DNA of 64,000 nucleotides from Antedon mediterranea (lineage: Eukaryota; Animalia; Echinodermata). Positions 24,359 through 52,866 of the stretch are shown one piece after another. Numbering within the stretch: the stretch's first letter is position 1; every line of letters starts with the position of its first letter. Both the position numbers and the translations under genes were made by a program. The DNA lies in NCBI RefSeq assembly GCF_964355755.1, contig NC_092674.1:6944001-7008000 (forward strand), in the 5' to 3' direction. The notes beneath the pieces were generated by a model that ran no database searches, was not told where the DNA came from, and saw only the letters and a list, made by a program, of their open reading frames with translations.

Positions 24359-24690
24359 ATAACACTACTCTAGTTGATCAAACCTACTGTACTACCAATT
24401 TTTAAAACCATTGGGAAATTATTATTATTATATAACTATTATTAATTATTATAATAACAAGATATTTAATTTAGTTGGACACTATATATAGAAAATAATA
24501 TTTATTTTTAATTTCCTAAAACCATATAATGAATATATTAACACTACTCTAGTTGATCAAACCTACTGTACTACCAATTTTTACAATCATTAGGAAATTG
24601 TTATTATTGATAATATTATTACTGTAGATATTTAATATAGTAGGACAAATATAGAAAATAATATCTATTTTTAATTTCCTAAAACCATAT
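24359..24690. repeat. ~180-bp local tandem duplication
   Basis: TAACACTACTCTAGTTGATCAAACCTACTG.. at about 24360 and 24539. Confidence 0.8.
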
Positions 24691-25084
24691 AGTGTGCCCC
24701 ATATAAAGTTGAAGCTTACATAATTTCTAACACTTTTAATTATGGTACTGTATGCTTAATTAATATTGTAACTTGAATCCTATAAAAGCATATACTGTAA
24801 TATCAAATCTGATTGGATAGCAACTCTTTACGCACTAATTCTGGAGTAAATATGCATGACAGATCAAATTGATACGCCCTTATCTTAACTTTATTATTAT
24901 TTTATTAAAGATATATTGTCCCCATGAAAAAATAGTTTTTCTCAATTTTTTTGTTGAATATGTCATTTTAATATCACAAAATAGTTACTCACTTTAACCA
25001 AAAATTGGATCCAAAAAAAATATTTAACTGAAAAACTGTAAGTTAAAGCTTTTAAATTTAATCTTTAAATTTTTGGTGAAATTA

Positions 25085-25283
25085 AAGTGTGGAACGCAAC
25101 GCAGCGACGTATCTACATAAAGTGCTGTATTACATAATCACAATTGGGAACCGACGAAGCAATAGTGATGCAAACATAGCGGGTTTGATTTCACGTAGGT
25201 GGGGGAAAGCACAGTTATTAGAAGGGCATTTGCTTACATTGCGTAGATTGTGTTACGTTGCGTCGCTAGTGGGAACCAGGCTT
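25085..25283. mobile_element. MITE family B-related larger element, partial (matches the reverse complement of 48352-48660)
   Basis: GTTGCGTCGCTAGTGGGAACCAGGCT|TTA end; internal sequence shared with the 48352 copy. Confidence 0.65.
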
Positions 25284-25918
25284 TAACCATCTATTTGTTC
25301 TTTTTATAGTGAGGTTCTTTTTATAGTGATTACCTTTATTAAAACTACAAAATAGCCTATTGAAAGTTTGATTTTATTATTCTTAATTTTTCATGGTTTT
25401 GGGGACAATACACGGTGAGATCTCCGACGAGATACTTTTTGTTATACCATGGATCTATATTATAGTCATTATAGTTATACAGTACTTGTAATAATGAATG
25501 AAATTTAAATGGTAATGTACACAAATTTTCTATTAATACTCATCATAGCAGATGTTATAATAATAAAATAAACAACAATAATATAATCACTTTAATTGTT
25601 ATGATATCATTTCAATAATTAGACAAAGGAAAAACATATTTGGCTTTACAGTATGTTGGTTAATACTGATAAGATATTTAAATACAAAATACTACTGACA
25701 AATACAAAAGTTGGATGTGCCCAAATATGGACATGATGATGTCATATCACTACCATATTTGGGTATATCTTTACAGTATGTTGGTTAATACTGATAAGAT
25801 ACAGATATTTAAATACAAAATACTACTGACAAATGCAATACTTATCTATTTGGCTTGCATATTGCTGATTAAAATATTTAACCTATTTTTTTATTGTAAA
25901 TTGGTTAGTAGTTTCTAA

Positions 25919-26076
25919 ATCTCTGTCTACTCTATCGAACTAGTTTGACAAGAAAAGTTGGATGTGCCCAAATATGGACACGATGATGTCATATCACTAC
26001 CATATTTGGGAATATCACTGCCATATTTGGGCACATCACACTTTTTTTTTGTCAAACTAGATAGTGTGACAGAGCT
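25919..26076. mobile_element. MITE family A copy (further fragments at 25713-25765 and 26312-26409)
   Basis: TIRs + TAA flanks. Confidence 0.78.
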
Positions 26077-26569
26077 TAAGACAAGTTTTGCTGTTATTGG
26101 ACAGGAGATATCAGCTAATGTAATTGCATGGATTCAAGTGTTTTTAATTTTATACATTTTCACCAAAATATATAATAATGTTTTTATATATTAAGTCCAA
26201 AGAAAAATTACTGAAAAATAGCTATGCTAGCTAATAGCTAATAATAACAAAACCACATTTGTACTGCCCCTTTTCAGGCTTTACATATGAATGAGTTCAT
26301 ACATGGATTTAAGCTATGTCTACACTATCAAATTAGTTTGACAAAAAAAGTGTGATGTGCCCAAATATGGTAGTGATAAGCTTAAATATGGTACTGATAT
26401 GACATCATTGAAATTAAATTTCATTCTTCCCAGGTCAAAGTACACTAAATTATAAAACTTTAATAGTTATAAAATTAGTATTGTTTCAGGCAACAATATC
26501 CCTCCCAAACCTTATTTTAAATAATAATTTTTTAGAGTACAAACATAAAATTTAAAAAGGACATTTACC

Positions 26570-26980
26570 TTGAAAATATGCATTGTGAATTGGGATGGAA
26601 ACCAGCAGAATTGATCGGTAACTTTTCTATTTATGTTTTATTTGTTATTATCTGATAATTATAGGCCAATACAATGCAGTTTTTTTTTAATGAGAAATAT
26701 GTTGCGATAAAATGGTTTAAAACATATTGTAAATTGGAATGCAAGACCAGCAGAATTATCTGTCACATTTTTTATTTATGTTTTATTTGTTATTATCTGA
26801 TAATTATAGGCCAATACAATGCAGTTTTTTTTATGAGAAATATGTTGCAATAAAAAATTTTTAAACATAATTATTGTAAATTGAAATGCAAGACCATCAG
26901 AATTATCTGTAACATTTCTATTTATGTTTTATTATTATGTAATCATTTTATTCAATGCATTTTTTAAAATGAGAAATATT
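26570..26980. repeat. ~145-150-bp tandem repeat, about 2.5 copies
   Basis: ACCA(G/T)CAGAATT..TATTTATGTTTT repeated at about 26600, 26746 and 26893. Confidence 0.75.
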
Positions 26981-27609
26981 GTTTTGGAAGACCATACATT
27001 TTTCTTAAATTCTGCTATAAAATTCAGTTTTAAAAATTTGGTTCAATTTCATGATGATGTCATCATGGTTATATATGGTGGATCATCAGAAAATGAAATA
27101 CCAACAATTGATATGTATATATATATATACAGTGGATGATGTTTTGATATTGGGAAGTTCAATAAAAACATACCAAACAAATCATAATCATATATTTTAT
27201 TACTTATATAATATATTTTTCACATATTTTTTTTAAAACAAAAGGAATAGGAATTTTAATTTGAACTACTCCATCACTGATTTTACAAAAAAAAATCGAG
27301 TGACAACAACAAAAGTAAACAATGATTTTTTTTAAAAGGGAAAACTATGGATTGGTCATTATCAAAATTTATGCTAAAATGTGTAGGCTTAAAAAAAATA
27401 TTAAAATAAATGTCAGACAGCTAAGTAAATATACGTAAGCAAAATCAGATTAACCCATAGTTCAATATGTCCACCCTGGCCATCCAGGTACGTCAGCGTG
27501 GCTCTTAATTGCCGTTCTTGCATTTACGTATATTAATGCCAATGTTATATAATATATACACTATCAAATTAACTTGTATATGTGTCAAACAATTGTGACG
27601 TGCCTATAT

Positions 27610-27950
27610 ATTTCATTTCATTTCATTTATTTCAATATCATCATCGCAGCCATAGCTAAATTACAAAGATATTTACATTTTCTCAATATTAAAATTTGTA
27701 TAAACTAGATGGTGGATGGATACCATCTAGGTCGTGCCCACAGATGGTTCTCGAATACATAATAATTTCAGCGTTAAAAAACTGGCGATTTCAAATGTAC
27801 GTACCGCAGGACAATAATACATGTCGTGTACAGGAACGAATAAATAGACACTGTGATTTATGTACTCAACTAAAATTAGCACCCTATTACTTCCGAAAGA
27901 GAAACTTGTCACAAAATAAGACCAATTGTTTAAGTCAAATTTAAACAAAC
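27610..27950 (-). mobile_element. Degenerate LINE 3' fragment
   Basis: Minus-strand (GAAAT)n tail and RT C-terminal-like remnants. Confidence 0.45.
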
Positions 27951-29228
27951 TTAATTTGTGTTTTGTATGTAACATTAGGGTTGAGGGATGGGGAAGAGGA
28001 TGGGTGCAAAGAGGAACAATGTTAAAATATATTCTTTATCCATTTAGTAACGAAATATTAATTGCTTTCATGTTTTACAAATAATATACCACTAAACACA
28101 GTAAAACATTGCGATGTAATACTTTGTTGAAACTATCACCGTCCTAGTCGATTGAAATAGTACAGCACATGTAACGATACATCACTACGACGTGTATATG
28201 TTTATAATATAATGTAAAACAATTTGTGAAAACCACCTCTATTCGGGGAAAATCATAAATTCGATTTAATCGTCAATAAATATTAAATTATCTAACTCAA
28301 CTTAATTAGTAGGCCTAATGGTTTTCAATTGTTTCTTAGAGCCAATTCATACTTAAGTTGGTTCCTACCCTACCCACCAAAGTTGTTCTGCGTTTAGGGC
28401 ATGTGATGTACCGTAGGCCTATTCTCTACTGGTTTTACAACGCTACTCATGCCAGTGAGGGAAAGGTGATGATGTGGGTGGTTTAACTGCAATAATAAAG
28501 ATTTGTACATAATATACGGCGAGTGAAAACGCTAGCTCATTATCCGTTTAAAAAAAAATTATATCCAACCTCTGCAGCACAGATTGAAAACAAAAATGGA
28601 TCGAATTTCGAGTATACAGTACTGTACTTGCCTTTACGACGCCTGAGGGAATAGACACTTGTGAAACAGAGATTGGAATGTTCCATTCATCGCAAATCAA
28701 TACATTTGTATAATCGTATATTAAATCTATCAAAATAGTATTTTTTAAAGAAAATCGGCCTGTCTTCAACATTATGATGCTGTACTCTAGCTGTTCAACC
28801 AGTTTTCAGCTATTAAAAACAATTATCGTAGGAGGAGATAGGAAAATGCGAAGCGTCCTAGTATTATTGTGTGCGGGTATTTTTCAAGTTGGACATCCAT
28901 TAGACAGTGTATACCACGATCGGAAAACACCCCTATTTGGGGCAAATCGTTGAACCTAAATTCGTTTTAATCGTCAATAACTAATTATCTAACTCAATTT
29001 AATTAGTAAACAGGGTTACATCAGGTGGTTAAAATCAGTACCGAAAGTACGAACCAACTTTATATACCATCGAGTAAAAATTTTAGAAATAAACCGCGAT
29101 TTATCGAATTTTGCCCTTACGTAAATTTATATATAGAAGTATAAAACCAATGATAATTAGGCTATATATAAAAAAGGAGGCAATTATACACAAGAAATAC
29201 AATACAGGAACATTAAAAAAAAATGAAA

Positions 29229-29314
29229 ATGATGATGTCATATCACTACCATATTTGGATATATCACTACCACATTTCGGGACATCACAGTAGTTTGATA
29301 GTGTAGACAGAGCT
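29229..29314. mobile_element. MITE family A half copy
   Basis: Body + right TIR GTGTAGACAGAGCT|TAA. Confidence 0.7.
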
Positions 29315-30642
29315 TAAGTAGTGCAATATGCAAAACGTGACATACATTATGAGGCTATTGTTAAACACAGCCGCGTGTGGTGCTTACATAACGTATGTAT
29401 ATTTATAGTGCTGCGAACTATTTAACGCCTGAAAATAATAGGTCAAAATATAGAGCTTCAGTACTATTTTATTTTTATTTTCCCAAAGTATGTGAAACCC
29501 AATAATGTGAAGAATGTTTGTAGCTAAAGTATCCTATATTCGATCACTTTAAAATGCAGGCAGTATAACATTTAGTGTAGTTTTATATCTACTGCATATT
29601 ATTGTTATTTTAATAAATATTTGTTTGATTTTGTTTGTTTGTATAATATTTTCGAATTAAATTTATAATTATGTTGAAATATTCATTTAAACGCAACACA
29701 TTTCTCCGTTTGGTGATATTTATTTAATTGATATATGTTGTAATTTAAAGCCACATTCACACTTAGAAGACGGAGCTGTTTAAATCTTTTATACGATTTT
29801 CAAAACGGCGGCGTCTTTTGTTCCGTCAAACGAAACATTAGGTGTGAATGTAGCCTAAGCCGGTTTGTTTAGATACGACACCGATTTTTTAAGCGTTTTT
29901 TTGTTTTATTCAATTCGTTGTGGAAGTTAATCCCATAGTATTAAACGGAGGTTCCTCCATGGTAATATTGGTATTATGTATTTCCATACATATTTAATTA
30001 ATTAGTTACATTTTTTTGTTTTGATGTTATGTATTAGTTAGAACTGTGTGGCTTATGTTATAATTTTGTCTGTAAATTGGATGCACCGTTAACTAATAAA
30101 TGTGTGCCACCGATATAAAGGTGATTCATATGAATAAGTAAATAAATAGTATGAAGGAACTATTTATTTATCTAAACAATTCCTTAATGGTATTAGTGAG
30201 TACCGGTACACAAGGGTAAACATAACTTTGTGTAATCCGGATTGGTCCCTGGACAATTTGATCGCTTCCGAATACCTGGTCAAAGTTGGCTATTGATTAA
30301 GCGATCATAGCAAGGCTGATCGAAAATTGCTTTATTCAGAACGAATTTAGAATTTTCAATCAAGGAGAACTGTCCACACGACGTCCATATTACGCCGTCG
30401 ACGTTCATATTTCGTCTTCGACGTCCATATGATACAAAAAAATACTACAGTAAACACTTCAGCATCCATTATGCATAACTATCTTTTTCATACAAACAAC
30501 AATAAATAGTAGATCCATTGTATATTGTTCTACTAATTATATACAGAATCGTTATATTTGTTTTATTGAATGAAATCTCAAATTATCATATTTGACAAAA
30601 GCATGCATAACAAAAGCCGTGATTGTTAATCGTTAGCAATAA

Positions 30643-30889
30643 AGCTTGGTTCCCACTTGGGACACGCAACGCAATGCCGTTAGCACAACGCAAGAAAGTT
30701 GAGCAATGGCAAGCGACAGTTTGACCAATACTGTATATCGTTTTTGATTGGTCAAATTACTTTAAGTTACGCTTACGTCCTTGCGTTGTGTAGTCCATAG
30801 ACAGTTTGACTAATATATCGTTTTTGATTGGTCAAATTACTTTACATTGCGCTTACGTCCTTGCGTTGTGTAGTAGTGAGAACCAAGCT
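30643..30889. mobile_element. MITE family B-related copy with an internal ~84-bp duplication
   Basis: AGCTTGGTTCCCACT..AGTGAGAACCAAGCT termini. Confidence 0.72.
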
Positions 30890-32477
30890 TGATAAACGAA
30901 ACGAAATTGCTTACTGAGTTATTCGTTCAATTCCACTCAGTTAAATTTCTAAAACCACACATTTCTCAGAACCAAATGAAAATAAAATGTGGGGTTTTGA
31001 GAAAACGTCGTGATGTAAAAATGTATTGCCCTCAGAGTACCAACTGTTTGAGATACTCCGACCCACGGGTATACAGTATCTCATCATCTGGGCCTATTTT
31101 AACGCCTTAAAAGGTATATACAGAGTACACCCAGGGAAGAGTGAAATGTTCACTCTTTTCTGGTATATAAGACAGAGATGGAAAATAGGCAGTTTTTTTG
31201 CTTCTTCATCACCGATATAGTATCTCATACCGAGAATATTTGTAGTTTGTAAGTCCAAGTTCTCACATAGTTAAGCCATATGAAGCCCTTTCAACCGCTT
31301 GGAGTTTTGAACCGTACCTTATTCCTTGTGGAAAAAATGATATAGGCATATATATTGAATGCAATACAATGTAATGTAATACTCCATAGACGCGACAATT
31401 TATATATTTATATTACTACTACGTTATTGGATTACCACGTTATTCATATACAAACAATATCTGGAATATAGTTCAGACATGCCGTACGATTAGCATTTTA
31501 GGTTATGTCTACGTGCTAAGTATTTCATTCTCGCGGCTCAACCTAATTACACGCTATCACTCAGTGTCCTATTTTTAATAAACATTAGGCCTATATATAC
31601 TCAATCGTTATTTTTTCGCGGTTGAACACCTAACACACACCTGACTATTGTCGGTATTACAATCTTTATCGGTAGGCCTAACTTTAAAAATTAAAAACAC
31701 ATTAAAATCGTCTTACCTTTTCTATGATAGGAAGTAACTCTATATTTGATATTTGTCACAAACACCTGCCGATATCCATGGCTTGCAGTCAACCTTGTAT
31801 TATCATTACAATTAACGGCTAAAGCTTTTTCTTTTGACTAATCATAGCAGTTTTGTATAGCGATTTGCTTTTTCACGCAACCAATTACTCTCCAATGAAT
31901 GTCATGTTCGTGCCAGTATATTATTATTATCGAATAAAATAATTTCACATTGAAGTTGATGAGCATTGTAAGCGCGTCGGGCGTGGTTTTAGCAAATTCC
32001 GTCGATATTTATGTTAGAAATTATGGCACGCAATTGTCAGAATAACCATAGAGATATTATCTAGGCTGTGACTTACGGAAATATACATTATCGTATCCGG
32101 TAATATACATTATCGTATCCGGTATATATGTCTTCAATATTGTATCAATGGAAATATTATCGTAACTCGAATGCGCCTTAACTGTGCACATGAATAAATT
32201 ATAAAAATTTAATGTTTTTTAAAAATAATTTATTCGTGTTAAGTATTATTAATTTCTTTTTTCCCCTCTTTGCGGTATTATCAAAAGCATATAAAAAACG
32301 TGTGCGTGCCAGTAAGTAATTCGTATTCACATTATAACTATAACATGATGTAATATATTATTAGCACGGATGTAAGCTAATAATAGTAGAACAGCCTTTG
32401 TTGACTATGTTGTAAATTGTGGGTTTTAATTGGGTTTCATCGAAGTACGTTGACCATAAATTGGAGTTTGACAATTT

Positions 32478-32851
32478 TATTTCGGCAAACTGTATTTCGA
32501 AAAACGGTATTTCGGCAAACTGTGTTTCTGCAAACTATTCCCGCAAACTGTATTTCGGAAAATTGTATTTCGGCAAACGATATTTCAGCAAACTGTATTT
32601 TCGGCAAATTGTATTTCAGCAAACTGTAGGCCTATTTTTGCAAATTGTATTTCAGAAAACTGTATTTCGGCAAAGTGTAGTTCAGCAAACTGTATTTCGG
32701 CAAACTGTATTTCGGCAAACTGGATTTCGGCAAAATGTAATTCAGCAAAATGTATTTCGGCAAAATGTATTTCGGTAAACTGTATTTCGGCAAACTGTAT
32801 TTCAGCAAACTGTATTTCGGCAAACTGTGTTTCGGTAAACTGTATTTCGGC
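32478..32851. repeat. 15-bp minisatellite (CAAACTGTATTTCGG), about 24 units
   Basis: Visible tandem repeat; explains the repetitive ORFs in several frames. Confidence 0.92.
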
Positions 32852-33505
32852 ATAATGATGTTAACCAAAGACTGCCTTTTATTAAGACAGCTTCGGGAGG
32901 ATGGCGGGTGTTGGTCTCAGTGTGATGGGTTAACTTTATAATTCCTAAATAAATATAGCGTTCATTCGTTCGTTCGTTCATTCATTTATTCATTCAATCA
33001 AATAACAATTAAAGACAAAGACATTTGCAGTTTTTTAAAAATAATAAATACATTAAATAAACATTTTAGCAATTATGGGAATTCTTCATGATTCATTCAT
33101 TACCGACGTCGGCGGTACGTCCGTAACGACATATATAGAACATTTCATTCATTCCTGTAATCATTTCGAAGGATATCGTTCTACATATTATTATGCTTAT
33201 CCAAAACGATCGATAAAACACGCTGCATATTGTTATATTCATTTCCTAATCGAATGATAATAAAATAAGGATAAAAACAGGAGAACAATAGGTGGTTGAT
33301 TTTTAACATGGATATAGCAGTAAAACTAGTAATAATGATCCCATTGTCAAAGCCATGACAGTCAATGGAATTGATGTACATGTATAATTGAATTTAATAC
33401 ATTACTTACAACAGTATAGTAAAATATTTTTGGTTTTATGGACGTTATTAGGGCCTAAATTGAGAAGGGGAGCAGAGCATCCAAAATGAATTAATGAACT
33501 TGTAA

Positions 33506-33594
33506 AGCTCTGTCTGCACTATCAAACTTTTTGTGACAAAAAAGTGTGCCCATGTGCATATTTGCTTATTATTTTTGATAGTGTAGACATAGCT
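33506..33594. mobile_element. Internally deleted MITE family A copy
   Basis: Both TIRs + TAA TSD. Confidence 0.72.
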
Positions 33595-34162
33595 TAAAAT
33601 TACTATTACTAACATTTGTATTAATTTTGTGACAGATACTTAATAATTAGTGTAACAACGTAAACACTCATGAGGCATTCGACCCCCCCCCCCCCCCCCC
33701 CACACACACACATATATGTCTATTGTTATCCAACAGAATTGGATACAACAATTGTATGTAAAAATTGTATTTAATGTTAATGTATTTTTCGGTCGATCGA
33801 AAACTGTGAAGCATGCCTACTACCAGGGGCCTTGGCCTAATCATGTGGTCTTTTATATCATTTATCAAAATATCTTTATTTTGCGGATTTACTTTTTTTA
33901 CGTTATATAAACCTAAATACTCTTCAAAGATTTTTATTCTGGTGCTATTTCAACATTATATAATGATTATAAATTAATGGTTTACGAAGGTTATATATTA
34001 GTAACGTCCAATCAGTTTAGTCAAACATCCATTATTGTAATCTCTATTATATATAATACCGTACTATCGCATTATTAATTTTATGTTCAGTAAACTAAGC
34101 CTGATCACATAATGGACTACGTCCAAAACATACGTGAGTGACGAGTGCTCAGGTTTACAAAA

Positions 34163-34398
34163 AGCTTGATTCCATTTGGACGCAGCGCAAGGACGTAAGC
34201 GCAACGCAAGTAAAAATTGGTTCCCGCTAGTGACGCAGCGCAAGGACGTAGACGCAACGCAAGCGAGTTGACGAGTTGACGTTACGTCCTTGCGTTGCGC
34301 TCCTAGTGGGAATCAAGGTTAAATTTATGGATCACTGAGCTGTCGTCCATTGGTCAACTCGCTTGCGCTTGCGTCTCGTGCTAGTGGGAACCCGGAGC
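34163..34398. mobile_element. Rearranged MITE family B copies
   Basis: Multiple GGTTCCC..GACGCAGCGCAAGGACGTA and CTAGTGGGAA termini. Confidence 0.65.
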
Positions 34399-35048
34399 AT
34401 AATGATGGTAAGCCTACGTATCGTAGGGCTACGTATTTTATTCGGCCACACGACCGAATCCGTGCTCAGCGTAAAGGAAGATTTAAAGCTTGACCGCTGA
34501 TGGTTTGATTATTTCTATGATTATATTAAGGCATGGATAGCGACGATTGCGACCTTGCTAATTAAGACCGTAGCTATATATAGACACATGTAGGATGAAA
34601 CCCATAATTAATTATGATAAAATAAAAAACCTAAAAAAGTATATGAAATGACAATATATTTTTCTTTATAGAACTGTACTCTCTTTAAGTAAATCTCTCT
34701 ATTATGTAACAGAACACGGCCTATAAACACAAAACCGCTCAGCCATAAACTAGGCTACTTAGGACTGTCGTCCTCTATTTCACACGCACACAAAAAAAAA
34801 ATGTTATATAACGTGCGTTGGATTTGGTGCCGTGTGCAGAACTGCCAAGCGATTAAGCATATCAACATAATCAACACGGGAACTATCTTGTTAAATGACT
34901 TAATAACTATATGTCATATCTCCATCGTGTAGACGTTGCATTTTGATGCGAATTTGCATTATGAATTGCATCGCATTGCTTTTTATAAGAGAGCCGTTTT
35001 AATGCATGGAGAGGACGAATTCATAGAATGAATTCCTGAGACTAATAA

Positions 35049-35203
35049 AGCTCTGTCTGCACTATCAAACTAGTTTGACAAAAAAGTGCCCAAATATGGT
35101 AGTGATATGCTTAAATATGGTAGTGATATGATCCATCCATCATATCCATGTATGGGCACATCACATTTTTTGTCACATAAAGTGTGATAGTGTAGACAGA
35201 GCT
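35049..35203. mobile_element. MITE family A copy
   Basis: TIRs + TAA TSD. Confidence 0.8.
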
Positions 35204-35348
35204 TAACTATGCAATATATAATGTTACATAACATTTTGCTCATTCGTCGTGGTGAGAACCAGTAATGTTCGCGATTCGATTTCACTTCGACAACGTGTGG
35301 ACACTAGGCCTAGTAACTGTCTGCTGTGTCGGATTTTGTCCATTCTAA

Positions 35349-35524
35349 AGCGTGGTTCCCACTAGCGACGCAACACAAGGACGTAACGCAACGCAAGTGA
35401 ATTGACCAATCACAAGCGATGGCTTATTCGCTTGCGATTGCTAACCGTCTATTTCGCTTGTCATTGGTTAAAACGCTTGCGTTGCGTTTACGTCCTTGTG
35501 TTACGTTCTAGTGGGAACCAAGCT
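35349..35524. mobile_element. PIF/Harbinger-type MITE family B
   Basis: TIR AGC(G/T)TGGTTCCCACTAG..ACG(C/T)AACACAAGGACGTAA with TAA TSD; nearly identical to 47922-48100. Confidence 0.82.
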
Positions 35525-36829
35525 TAAGGCTCCCTCCCACTTTAAATGTGACGACTTATTAATAAAGAACAATCATCTTAAACAATGCAACCAAGTGCGA
35601 CGATTATTAAGTCACTCTTGTTAAGTGTGATTACGTCGTGGAGCAAAGCCATAAAGTACGTGAATCAACATTAACAATATAATCATCATTATCACAAAAC
35701 CATTCAATTAATAAACTCTGATCATCATAAAAAAAATAACTTAGGGCCTACGTAAATCTTGCAAATGTATCTATCGTGTTGCGGGAACCAAGGTTAGATG
35801 GAAAATCATATAAATAAATACATTACTATGGATCTTTTTTATAGCTCCCGTAAAACAGAACATGACGATCCCATATCGCTCTTACGAAAAAGCCATATGG
35901 CCAGTTAAATCAATTTCCACCAGTCATCTTCCAGGCCTACAAAGCAAAGGTAAATAATAAATTGTCTTGTGCTGTGTATTAATTACCGTATTCAATTAAA
36001 AATATTATCTATTTAAAAAAAGACAATTATTATTTATTATGCAAGATTGAAATGCATTTTTTGTACTGTTTTTTATTATACTCAGAATCGAATTATAAAA
36101 TAAATGCATTCAGCAAAAAAAAAACTTACATAACATGTTAGTTGTTACGTCATTGCTGTGTGTCGTGTGGCGTTGAATTTATACCCCTTGGGGAAAGGAA
36201 GATTTTTAATCAGAAGATCACACTCACTCTAATTTATATCATTAAATTTGGAAATCCCCGTTTTATCCCCAGGTATTTATAACCCATTGATTTATATTAC
36301 GTAAGGAAATAAATACCGCGATATTGATTGCTCGTTCTCGTTGAATATTCATTGTTCACTGTTTTAATTATAAAGCCTACGAAAATATCCACCAATAGGA
36401 TTGCGGGATTTCGCCACATCCCCCCCTCGTTATCGCTTCCGCATAATACAAGTTACATAACTTTGACGTCGTAGGCTTCATAATACACTGACATTTATTT
36501 ATACGTTTAGTTGTTAAAATTGTCGATGGGATACAGAGTTAATACTGTCAGTTTTACGTAATATTACCATTTTAATATACTCTAGGCATACATAATCAAA
36601 CCGGCGGCTAATACGGCTTGCCTGTTCATTCAGTGAGCTGTGAACTTACTACTACGGCCAGCCTAGCGTTTGAGATTTCCGAAGTATACTGAAAACGCAC
36701 TGTGATTCGTCAAGGCATACGGCGACCAGTTTTTAATTGTTTTGGCGGAGATGGTTTACTATTATTCACCTGTATGGTTTAACCTGGTATTGGTATACTT
36801 TTAGTAATTTGTGCTGTTAAAGATCAAAC

Positions 36830-51069
<14,240 letters not shown>

Positions 51070-51683
51070 TTGAAAACTTTAGCTTTACACCAGGTGATAC
51101 ATCTAACCTGATAGTAGGGAGCAGAACCATTTGTTGAGCTCAAGTCAAGATTTTTACAGTGCAGGGCCAGAGCAAGCATAAGCAACTGGAGAAAAAGATA
51201 TATTTAGGCCTAGCCTAATAGATAAACGTAATTTGTCTGCTGGCTACAGTAGGTAGTATTGGCCACAATATTGTCCACAAAAAGGGCTAGTGCATGCGTA
51301 AGCAACTGACTGACTATTGGCCAAAAAATTGTTAGGTCTATTTACCAGCACTTTTGCTACTGATCTCCAGGTATAAATGGGTATTTTCCTACAAACCCCC
51401 CTGGCTATGGGCTTGTGCACTTAAAGATTTTAAGGTGATACCTTACCTCATGGAGCTGTATGTCTGGAGTAGAGAATTGAGGATTTTTTAGAGTGAGATG
51501 TCTTACCAGATGAAGTTTAGAGCAGCTAAATATTTGTTGTATTCTTCCAATAAAAAGAAATGCAAGTTTAGTATTTTCTGAAAGGGTCATGTGTTGTTAC
51601 AAGAGACCTTTCGTTTCGCCACTAGACCACATAGCTGTCAAAGAAAATGGTTATTCTTTGCATGTTCAGTAACATATGAGTTA

Positions 51684-51826
51684 AGCTATGTCTACACTAT
51701 CAAACTAATTTGACAAAAAATATGTTTGATGTGCCCAAATATGGTAGTGATATGCGAGAACATATGTCTATATATGGGCACATCACATTTTTTTGTCACA
51801 TAAAGTTTGATAGTGTAGACAGAGCT
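51684..51826. mobile_element. MITE family A copy (LONRF 3' region)
   Basis: TIRs, TTA/TAA flanks. Confidence 0.8.
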
Positions 51827-52866
51827 TAAGGCGTTTAATCTAGTGGCATGGTCGTAAAAATAAGAGGTTGTTTATGACTTGCATAATGAAACGTTACAAA
51901 ATGAAGTATTAACAGTTGAAATCCGTCCTTAGCCAAGTGCGCCATTTTTCTTTAAACCCAATTCCCTTGTTTGTAAATGGTGAAACATGAGTAAAAAACT
52001 ATTACAGGGCCAAAATATAAATCGAGGGTGCTATAGTAATAGACTCATGCATACAATATCTACTTACAATTACAGAAAACTGGGGATTAGGTATATCTGC
52101 ACATTTTTATCTTAAAATTGTTTGTTTTTTCTGACTCCATAACTTAACATGGACCACTTAGTGTTTTGTTTAACCCTTGAATTCTCATCAGTGTAGGATT
52201 GGTTGGAGGTAATGAGTGGGTGTAAGGGGCCCTAAAAATTATACAAACTTGTTTATATTTAAGTAGCCAAAATTCACAAGTGCCCAGCTCAGGTGGATCC
52301 CTCCTGGCTTCCACCTATGTCATTCCTCTCTGATGTTTGCAATATTATTTGATTATACAATATATTATGCTACAGGTATATGAAAAAGAAAGAATAATTT
52401 AACAAAGTTATTTATATGACTATGTTAAGACAGTCTCAAGTATTATTTATAAAGGTACAGTACTAATATTTAATACTTATACATCTCATTCTGATTAAAA
52501 CTATTTTAGTTAATGATTTTGGTATAATGAGACTGTATAATAGTATGTTGCCTTCACTATATGCATCAATTCAAAGGACAGACCCACTTTATTTGATGAT
52601 GAGCTCATCTGGCTTCACTTGCGGCCCAATTTCATATTTAACTGAGTGGCCTTATGTCCCTCCATTAGTAAATGTTGAATTAATTTGTACAGTTTTTTAT
52701 CAAATACGTGATATTAAGATTCAACATGAAATGATACAAAAAGGTCTTTTATTTGGGGTAGCGCCCCCTCTGAGCAGATATGACTAAATATATTTAAACA
52801 AAGGTAATACAAATGGGACACCATGTAACATAATTACGGATAGTCCCATGAACTGATTGCATGATA

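Noticed and set aside
32417-32941. Several repetitive ORFs resembling pentapeptide-repeat proteins
   Set aside because: They are by-products of a 15-bp minisatellite open in many frames, with no splice or start support.
35845-35949. Exon-like segment (acceptor, ATG, AAG|GTAAAT donor) upstream of LONRF
   Set aside because: The peptide has no LONRF similarity and its phase does not fit the candidate acceptor at 36822; it cannot be supported without cDNA.
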